This document shows positions 57,119 to 64,000 of a stretch of 64,000 nt of DNA, piece by piece (the first letter of the stretch is position 1; the number at the start of each line of letters is the position of its first letter). The stretch lies in the IMG/VR virus record IMGVR_UViG_3300029334_000002. One strand, 5' to 3'. The notes below the pieces were generated by a model. It did not search any database and was not told the DNA's origin. It saw nothing but the letters and a program-made list of their open reading frames with translations. Source of the stretch: a virus. Both the position numbers and the translations under genes were made by a program.

Positions 57119-57307
57119 CTATGTAACTAACCCAAATTCTTTAATAAGTCTCTGCACAACCATCCGGTTACATTTCTTATAAGCAATAGACAATGTTTTC
57201 TTTACACCTTCTTTCTTATAAATCGAATGTCCTCCAGTACAATGGTCTAGTTCCCAGCCATTCTTTAGAATAATTCTCTCAACTTCTCTTCTGTTATAAG
57301 TTTTCAT
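57119..57307 (-). CDS. hicA: HicA-like mRNA interferase toxin
   Basis: LKNGWELDHCTGGHSIYKK follows the HicA pattern (LxxxGW..xxxxGSHxxY), 62 aa. Confidence 0.55.
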   Translation of the reverse strand: MKTYNRREVERIILKNGWELDHCTGGHSIYKKEGVKKTLSIAYKKCNRMVVQRLIKEFGLVT

Positions 57308-57405
57308 ATTTCACCTTCTTTCATCTAAATATCCATTCAATGATAGTTCTTGCTATAACTCCTATTAAAAAATACTGCAATTTTATCCCCTTATTTTTAT
57401 TTGTA

Positions 57406-58215
57406 TTATAAGAAATATCCAACTGTTTTATCCTTTGGCTTTCCCCAAATAGATTCGTACAGATACTCTACCGTACTAGGTGCAATTCCATGATAGTTAC
57501 ACAATTCTTTAAATACTTCATATTTTGGTCTGGCATTAATATCTTCAATTACTTCTCCTAATGAAGTTTCGGCATAGTTGGTGGCGCACCCATACATCGG
57601 AAGCGGCTCATATATGCTCTTCAATTCTTTATAGACTTCATCACTATATTTATGAATATCATCATTTAACCCAGCAGAATCTGATTTATCAAGTTCCTTT
57701 TCTTTATCTCCTATAATTTCGCTTGCCTTGAACTGAATAACATTGCACATATGCCACTGATAATCATCGTCAACACACGAATCAAACGAATTAACTTCAA
57801 ATACATCATCGTCAGTTATGTCAATATTAAAATCATTAGCCATTTTAGCTGCTGAATCTAACATATGATTTTTACATTCTTCCAAAGTGCCAATCTTCTC
57901 TACATAGAATCCAACACCTTCGTAAGCATGATGATAAATACAAAGATAATCTCCATCTTTTATTTCAATTTCATGAATAGTGTTAACATAGAATTCTCCA
58001 TCTCCGTATGAATAATCAATTCGCATGATCTGGTCGTCGGATCCGTCTACATTTTTATATTCAAGCTCACTTATTACTTCTTCTCGGCTTTCCTCTGTAA
58101 TACTGACTAAGTTGTCTATAACCCATTTATGAGCCGCAAAAGCAGCTTCAAAAAAGTAAAAATATGGTTCTCTATAATGTTCACTATCCAATGTACATAG
58201 TAAATATATCTTCAT
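57406..58215 (-). CDS. Hypothetical acidic protein
   Basis: ORF only. Confidence 0.35.
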   Translation of the reverse strand: MKIYLLCTLDSEHYREPYFYFFEAAFAAHKWVIDNLVSITEESREEVISELEYKNVDGSDDQIMRIDYSYGDGEFYVNTIHEIEIKDGDYLCIYHHAYEGVGFYVEKIGTLEECKNHMLDSAAKMANDFNIDITDDDVFEVNSFDSCVDDDYQWHMCNVIQFKASEIIGDKEKELDKSDSAGLNDDIHKYSDEVYKELKSIYEPLPMYGCATNYAETSLGEVIEDINARPKYEVFKELCNYHGIAPSTVEYLYESIWGKPKDKTVGYFL

Positions 58216-58218
58216 TTT

Positions 58219-58803
58219 TCACCTCCACTGTTTCTTTCTTTTACTCTGCATCTTCCAACCTGACACTTTTGATCCTCTTACATGATCCCATGAATCTGTT
58301 TTTCTTTTTGGCTTTATAGGTTTGAGAGTAATACCATATTCATATTTAATCTCTTTTATTTCTTCTGGTGTAATACTTTTACGCTGATCCGGCTCTGTTG
58401 AAGCCCGATGAATATTCCATCCATGATGTTTATGATATGTACGATAATATTTCTTCTTATATTTCTTAGTAAGCTGATGAAAATCCCGTACATTACCATG
58501 ATCGTCTATAATCAAATATCTGTGATATTCGTGAGTGCAAATCATAAAATCCCAATTATTATCTATTTTTAAATATTCATCATCAAAATAGTTAAATGAA
58601 TGGTAAAAATTAATACTTCTCATACTGTATGGGAACTTTAGCTTAAAGTATGTATACAGTTCTTTAGTCCCTTCTACACATCCTACATATTCCCATGGGA
58701 GCCATTTGTATACGATCCATTTAAAATGACCTTCTGCGCATTTTGTACGCTGCATATAAATACGGTATTCTCTCATATCTACTCTCCTATTAACCTCTCT
58801 CAA
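58219..58803 (-). CDS. Hypothetical protein with a strongly basic C-terminus
   Basis: His/Lys/Arg-rich tail. Confidence 0.35.
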   Translation of the reverse strand: MREVNRRVDMREYRIYMQRTKCAEGHFKWIVYKWLPWEYVGCVEGTKELYTYFKLKFPYSMRSINFYHSFNYFDDEYLKIDNNWDFMICTHEYHRYLIIDDHGNVRDFHQLTKKYKKKYYRTYHKHHGWNIHRASTEPDQRKSITPEEIKEIKYEYGITLKPIKPKRKTDSWDHVRGSKVSGWKMQSKRKKQWR

Positions 58804-58821
58804 GAAGAGAGAGGTTTCCTT

Positions 58822-59763
58822 TTATATAGCGCAAAGAAATCTATGAGTATCTTTTTCATACTTATATATTTTCCTTGTGAGGAAATCTTCTTTAGGTGTC
58901 GCTTCTTCCAACGTATCCTGTAAGATTATTGATAAGTCTACCGCATCAACAGCATCTGCTTTATGTACCATTACCTCATGTACACTGGTAAACACTAAAT
59001 ACAAATCTGAATCCAGTACACCAGCAAAGCGTTCAGCCACACCGGGATAAAATATAGCTACCGCACCGTTTGTTTTCTTTGCTGTAGTTAGACAATTTCC
59101 AATAAGATCTTGGCTAATTGCTTCTTCTGTACCAGGACTCATAAACTCTTCTCCTTCATATTCCGGATTAAAGAGCATCTGATCCCATCTGTAAATTCTC
59201 GATGGATACATACGTTCTGTGTTTCTTAATGCTTCTTCCAGAATATTGTCTTCACTTAAGGTCAAACCATCTTCCTTCCATTTCTCTACTACAGATTTAA
59301 AAATCTTAGTGCTCATAATGTTTCCATCACATTCAGACACCTTCATATATAATACCTGAGCAATATCACCTATTCTTTTATAAACAGCATTACTCAATTC
59401 TTTAGAATTATCATCATAATTAAGCAGCCTTATAAAAAGAGAATCTTTAACAGTTTCATAGTTCCAAATTTTCTTTGTTTTTTCATAAGAATTTTGTCCT
59501 TGTAACTGTCTAATGTCTCTTACAGTATTAGCAAGAATGATGTCAAATGATGTTCCATTTAAGAATTCTCTAAAGAGTTCTTTTGTATGTAACCCACAGA
59601 CCTCCCAGGCATCATCATGCTCTGCAAACTTCACCAGCAGTCTGTCTCCTGTCGGAGAAAATCTATCTCCATCTTTTGAAAATTCTATATTCTCAATAGG
59701 AATGTTGATAGCTACACTTATTTTATTTTTAAGTTCTTCCACAAACATTTCATAGTTCATCAT
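58822..59763 (-). CDS. Hypothetical protein
   Basis: 313-aa ORF. Confidence 0.35.
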   Translation of the reverse strand: MMNYEMFVEELKNKISVAINIPIENIEFSKDGDRFSPTGDRLLVKFAEHDDAWEVCGLHTKELFREFLNGTSFDIILANTVRDIRQLQGQNSYEKTKKIWNYETVKDSLFIRLLNYDDNSKELSNAVYKRIGDIAQVLYMKVSECDGNIMSTKIFKSVVEKWKEDGLTLSEDNILEEALRNTERMYPSRIYRWDQMLFNPEYEGEEFMSPGTEEAISQDLIGNCLTTAKKTNGAVAIFYPGVAERFAGVLDSDLYLVFTSVHEVMVHKADAVDAVDLSIILQDTLEEATPKEDFLTRKIYKYEKDTHRFLCAI

Positions 59764-59781
59764 AATTAATCCCTCTCTTTC

Positions 59782-60555
59782 TTAACCCATATGGTTACAT
59801 GAATACTCTGACATTTCGCTTAACTTTTTAACTATAAAATCTGGTATATAGCCACATTCTGAACAAATACAAATCTTTCCTAAGATATACAAACATGCTT
59901 GATCTCTTGGAATTTCTTTTCCCATAAACTGTTGTTTAGTTTCTTGGCATTCCTCTTTATAGCAGTATTCATTATCTGGACAGCTATCACAGTCATACTT
60001 TATATTTTCAATCCAGGGAAAATACCAAGCTAAGATATCAGATTCAACTCCATTTCCTTCATCTCCTATACAATCTGTTATTCCTGTGCTGAAATCCAAA
60101 GGGATATATGGATCATTAGAAGAAAAATCTCTTATATAAAAAGGTGCATGTATCCCTCTTTCTTGCATTCTCTGAATCCAAAACTGTTCATAGTCTGTGT
60201 ATGTTTCACAAACTGTCCAAGAAAGTTCTTCTAAGCTTGGCAAATCATCATACCAAGTGGTTCCAAACATTGCTTTTAACTGTTTATCAATACTATCTGT
60301 GCATTTCCAGTCATATCCGTTCTGTCGATGAATAGTTTTTCCATCAAGAGTACTTACAACTTCAAATACTGCCGGATAATACTTCTCTACATAGTCGTAC
60401 ATATCAGAACATGATTTATAATATTGTTTATAAAGTTCCTTTATTTCTTGATATACCGAATCAATAGTTACTGTGTTGTCGTTTGCTTTGCCAATAATAA
60501 AACTTGAAGAACTACTATTGGTCACAAACCCGTTACGAATCTTCAATGGTATCAC
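59782..60555 (-). CDS. Member of the KxGFVTNSSSSS(F/Y) N-terminal-motif paralog family (longest copy, Cys-rich C-terminus)
   Basis: MIPLKIRNGFVTNSSSSSFII at the N-terminus; several Cys clusters at the C-terminus. Confidence 0.45.
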   Translation of the reverse strand: MIPLKIRNGFVTNSSSSSFIIGKANDNTVTIDSVYQEIKELYKQYYKSCSDMYDYVEKYYPAVFEVVSTLDGKTIHRQNGYDWKCTDSIDKQLKAMFGTTWYDDLPSLEELSWTVCETYTDYEQFWIQRMQERGIHAPFYIRDFSSNDPYIPLDFSTGITDCIGDEGNGVESDILAWYFPWIENIKYDCDSCPDNEYCYKEECQETKQQFMGKEIPRDQACLYILGKICICSECGYIPDFIVKKLSEMSEYSCNHMG

Positions 60556-61075
60556 CTCTTCCTATATCATATGCTCTTTTACAGTACTTCCAATCATTAC
60601 ATAATGATCCATCCATTTTCTTATAGCAACCTTTACACAGGTATTCTCTGCTTTCTATGATTTTATTAAACTGCTCATAGTTTGCGTAGAATTCTTTCCG
60701 GTAGGTTCCATCTTCATCTTCAATAGTACCTATATAGCCACCATCTGCTTCATCAAGAATGTCCGAATTAAAATATGGATACAGAAAATCATAAATATCT
60801 TGCCCTAAGTCATCACCTAGGTACATGTATCCTTTCATACAGAAGCTGGCAGTCAAGAACCACACTCCTTCTGAAAATTCTAATGTGTAAGTCGGATATA
60901 AAGCTCTATAATGATTCATCCATTTAGACTCTTTTAATTCTCTATGCTGTAACAATGGTTTTATATCTCTATCACAGCTCCGCTCACTTGCAAGCACTGA
61001 TAAATCATGTAACAGTTCATCTGGAAGATTTCTTTTCAATCCGAAAATTAATTTTCCTTCATAGTAATTTCCCAT
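60533..61075 (-). CDS. Hypothetical protein
   Basis: ORF only. Confidence 0.35.
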   Translation of the reverse strand: MGNYYEGKLIFGLKRNLPDELLHDLSVLASERSCDRDIKPLLQHRELKESKWMNHYRALYPTYTLEFSEGVWFLTASFCMKGYMYLGDDLGQDIYDFLYPYFNSDILDEADGGYIGTIEDEDGTYRKEFYANYEQFNKIIESREYLCKGCYKKMDGSLCNDWKYCKRAYDIGRGDTIEDS

Positions 61076-61104
61076 TTCTCCACACCCTTTCTAATGCTTG
61101 CATT

Positions 61105-61581
61105 TCAATGATGACTAATAGTAGCAAGACAACAATTCATATCCGGTACAACATGATGTTCAAGGGTTGAATACATAAGACCATCATTGTCTGAATAATT
61201 AATCTCTACAAATACAGAGTACCCTTGCATATCTTCCTCTAACTCAGACATCCTATCTGTTATTGCTTTATTAAGCTTTTCCTGGAATTCTTCCGTTTTT
61301 CGTATTTCAAGTTTCTTACTATAAGGTACATAGAGACTGTCTTCTATCTCCCAAAGAGTCTGATAATAGATTTCTTCTGAATATCCTTCCAAAACATCTT
61401 CTCTATCCAACTTTGCAGCTTCCGTTACATCTCTTAAGATTTCCTCAAAGTATTCTTCTTCAAGATTTTCTTTCTGCAGCTCCTCTTTGATACTTTCTTC
61501 ACTCTTGAAACCAAGAATAAAGCTACTGCTGCTGCTATTAGTTACAAATCCTTTTCTAATCTTCATGATCAATCCTCCCAT
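61105..61581 (-). CDS. Member of the KxGFVTNSSSSS(F/Y) N-terminal-motif paralog family
   Basis: MKIRKGFVTNSSSSSFIL. Confidence 0.45.
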   Translation of the reverse strand: MGGLIMKIRKGFVTNSSSSSFILGFKSEESIKEELQKENLEEEYFEEILRDVTEAAKLDREDVLEGYSEEIYYQTLWEIEDSLYVPYSKKLEIRKTEEFQEKLNKAITDRMSELEEDMQGYSVFVEINYSDNDGLMYSTLEHHVVPDMNCCLATISHH

Positions 61582-61835
61582 TCGACATCTTCTCTAGCTA
61601 CACCAATTAATAATAAAAACTTTTCCATGTCAAAATTATCCATAAGAGTATAGCCATGAATTTCATATTTAGTTTCTCTGATGTCCCATTCATCATAAAA
61701 TGTTTCCATTTCTAATTCTTTTGCAACCTTAATATGATTTTTAATCTTTTCAATCTGATCGTCTGTTAAATCACTTTTAGCAATAGTAAAACTGGATGAG
61801 GAACTATTAGTTACAAAACCTATTCTTAACTTCAT
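61569..61835 (-). CDS. Member of the KxGFVTNSSSSS(F/Y) N-terminal-motif paralog family (short copy)
   Basis: MKLRIGFVTNSSSSSFTI. Confidence 0.45.
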   Translation of the reverse strand: MKLRIGFVTNSSSSSFTIAKSDLTDDQIEKIKNHIKVAKELEMETFYDEWDIRETKYEIHGYTLMDNFDMEKFLLLIGVAREDVEWED

Positions 61836-62251
61836 GCGTCCTCCTCTATAATTCTGTAATTGTGTTCTTGTGCATAAGTTTTTGTATGAGCATTACATGT
61901 AGCACAAACATAGACTTCTTTATTCATTCCATTAAAGTTTATCTGGCTTAAATCTCGTGCTTTTGCTTCGGCTTCAAAATTATTCTGTGCTTTTATGGCT
62001 ACATATTCTTTGATATAAGTATCTATACACACCAGATAGAACTCTTTAGGCTCTTCTGAAACCTCTTCATACATAGCACTAAGGTCATCAGTGTCAAAAT
62101 CTATTGTTTTACTCTCTGGATCACAATGGATGTAACCATTCTTTTTCCCTTCAAAGTGAACAATACCATCCTGAGGCAACCGCTGCAGAGCTTCAATCAT
62201 CTCTGCAACAGTTGTTCCCTCACACCTCACTCTCTTGTTAATGTCTAACAT
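61832..62251 (-). CDS. Hypothetical protein
   Basis: ORF only. Confidence 0.3.
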   Translation of the reverse strand: MLDINKRVRCEGTTVAEMIEALQRLPQDGIVHFEGKKNGYIHCDPESKTIDFDTDDLSAMYEEVSEEPKEFYLVCIDTYIKEYVAIKAQNNFEAEAKARDLSQINFNGMNKEVYVCATCNAHTKTYAQEHNYRIIEEDA

Positions 62252-62262
62252 AAGACTCCTCC

Positions 62263-62529
62263 TTACTCCGCCACTTTAATGACGTAGATTTTATTTCCAC
62301 GTTTAGCGTATTTAATAACTTCTTTTTCGCCTTCTTCATTGAGTCTCTTGCAACAATTCATTACTGCAGAAGCTCTTCTTTTAGCTTCAGCCTCATCATC
62401 GTACTCAAAACACATGTTGGCTCTACTTGTTTTCATAAACTCAACAATAGCTCTTCCCTCTTCTGAAGTAACGAGACCTCTTCTATTTGCTCCTAACTCC
62501 TCAACCTGTACATCATAGCTCATTTTCAT
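62263..62529 (-). CDS. Hypothetical small protein
   Basis: ORF only. Confidence 0.3.
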   Translation of the reverse strand: MKMSYDVQVEELGANRRGLVTSEEGRAIVEFMKTSRANMCFEYDDEAEAKRRASAVMNCCKRLNEEGEKEVIKYAKRGNKIYVIKVAE

Positions 62530-62756
62530 AATTTTAGTTCTCCTTTTCTTGTTTATTTAAAATTAATAATTTTAACGAATTTAGCGGCACCATAAAACAT
62601 CTATTGACAGGATTAACATTCTCCATTACTGGATAGTAGACATGCACCCAATCATTTATTTGTTTTTCTCCAGTTAATGTAAAAATTCTATTTTCCCATC
62701 CTGGAGTAAAAGTGTTTTTCATAATAACTTGCAAACCTTTTTTATTCGGAATCATA

Positions 62757-63566
62757 TTATAAACCCGTTTGCTTTCCAACAAAGTTAATTGGTTTACCAG
62801 TAACCTTGTTAATGCCATGTCCTACTACTTCTAAAACGTAATCTTCCCAGTAGTCACCTTTCTTCCAGTAGTCGGTATCTTCTTCATAGTAACCCTCAAT
62901 ATGCTTAACGACAAATTCTACAGTTCCTTTGAAGTCTTTAATCCAAGTAACCGTCCATTTATTTTTTAAATGATCTTTATAATATGGATTATATTTCAGG
63001 ACTTCATCTAATAAAAATACTGACACTAAACCAGCATCTGCACAAAACTCACCAATAGCTTCTTTTGTATCACTGTCAAAAGTAGTACAACTCCAATCTC
63101 CATAGAGAGTATCTCTTGTCATATAGTGAGTTATTCCAAGTGCTTCCATATTCTCTCCGTAGGCACATGTTGCCCAATCATCATCTTCTTTCATGATATA
63201 ACAAGGATCTGTGATAATAATATCTCCATCAAATTCCATTGGCTCTCCATCTAAATATACAGCAATCCAATTTTTCTTGGTGTATTTATAAAACAACTCT
63301 TCAATTCCTGTAAGTTCTGATAATTCTTTATATTCTTCATAAGTTTTTGTAGAATCATCCACATATTTCATAATAAGTACCATGTTTAATTCTTGTATTG
63401 CAGTAGTATAACAAGGAGATTCGAGACAATCCATGATTTTCTCAAATTCCTTATCATCTAAATGCAGCTTGTTCCTAAGTATTTTTTCAATCTCAGGCCG
63501 GACACTTTCACATTCTTTTGTTTTCTGTTCTAACCAAGCTTTATCCATTCTTCTTTCCTCCTTCAA
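62757..63566 (-). CDS. Hypothetical protein
   Basis: 269-aa ORF. Confidence 0.35.
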   Translation of the reverse strand: MKEERRMDKAWLEQKTKECESVRPEIEKILRNKLHLDDKEFEKIMDCLESPCYTTAIQELNMVLIMKYVDDSTKTYEEYKELSELTGIEELFYKYTKKNWIAVYLDGEPMEFDGDIIITDPCYIMKEDDDWATCAYGENMEALGITHYMTRDTLYGDWSCTTFDSDTKEAIGEFCADAGLVSVFLLDEVLKYNPYYKDHLKNKWTVTWIKDFKGTVEFVVKHIEGYYEEDTDYWKKGDYWEDYVLEVVGHGINKVTGKPINFVGKQTGL

Positions 63567-63982
63567 TTTGGTTCATCATAGCTGAGTCCTGCACTTTCCA
63601 CATATTCATTTAATGCTAAAAACATATCTTCTTCCAACTCTTCTTTCCATCTGTTACTCCACCAATCCACATCTGCCTCAATTCCAAGATATCCTATACC
63701 CTCCCAATCATCTTCAGTTTTAACACACATAAAATATTCGATAATTGGTTTGTATGTGGGCGTTTCACTAAACATTCCGTTTACAGAAATGTTTACTTCA
63801 ATATCAACATACCCTATCTCTAACACAGCTTCACCTATGAGAGGACCATTATCGAGATCAATTTCTAAATGTTCTTCTCTTATATCTCTTATTAAAAGCT
63901 GGATTCCGGTGAGTCTAAAACGATAATCCGGACGCTGTTTAGCTTCTTCAAATGTCATATTAACACCTCGAATATAATTCAA
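63563..63982 (-). CDS. Hypothetical acidic protein
   Basis: ORF only. Confidence 0.3.
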   Translation of the reverse strand: MNYIRGVNMTFEEAKQRPDYRFRLTGIQLLIRDIREEHLEIDLDNGPLIGEAVLEIGYVDIEVNISVNGMFSETPTYKPIIEYFMCVKTEDDWEGIGYLGIEADVDWWSNRWKEELEEDMFLALNEYVESAGLSYDEPN

Positions 63983-64000
63983 TTTCTATATGGATATACT

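Overview
The window is AT-rich (about one-third GC by eye) and looks like the non-structural arm of a large temperate phage or prophage from a low-GC Firmicutes host. At the left end a tyrosine integrase (365-1627, + strand) sits next to a 41-nt 5' fragment of a tRNA-Arg(CCG)-like sequence and three arm-type direct repeats, which reads as an attP-type or secondary att junction. Almost every other gene is on the minus strand, reading toward int. Left to right the window holds: excisionase; a nucleotide-metabolism block (dNMP kinase, ThyX, an HPr/Crh-like protein, dUTPase, class II RNR, nucleoside 2-deoxyribosyltransferase); a replication block (RecD-like helicase, a dnaE split by an intron-like insert carrying an HNH homing endonuclease, Cas4-like nuclease, DnaG-like primase, DnaB-like helicase, Sak4-like ATPase); a putative RNA-repair block (RNA ligase fused to a tRNA-binding domain, two metallophosphoesterases, an HD-like protein, an AP2/HNH-like endonuclease); a membrane/Ter-like island (lipoprotein, SPFH, NADAR, PspA-like, TerD, vWA, Ca-type P-type ATPase, Pol-beta nucleotidyltransferase); an NAD+ salvage/reconstitution block (NadE-like, macro domain, NadV/NAMPT-like, Prs-like, PncA-like); a tRNA cluster (Leu-TAG, Met-CAT, Gln-TTG plus one aberrant tRNA-like gene); a Pnk-like kinase fused to HD; NAD-dependent DNA ligase behind two tandem consensus sigma70 promoters; and a second tyrosine recombinase, a ParB-like protein and a HicA-like toxin. 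Five paralogs share an unusual N-terminal KxGFVTNSSSSS(F/Y) motif. No capsid, terminase or tail genes occur in 64 kb, so the genome must be considerably larger. All calls come from reading the translations and the DNA by eye; no database search was run.
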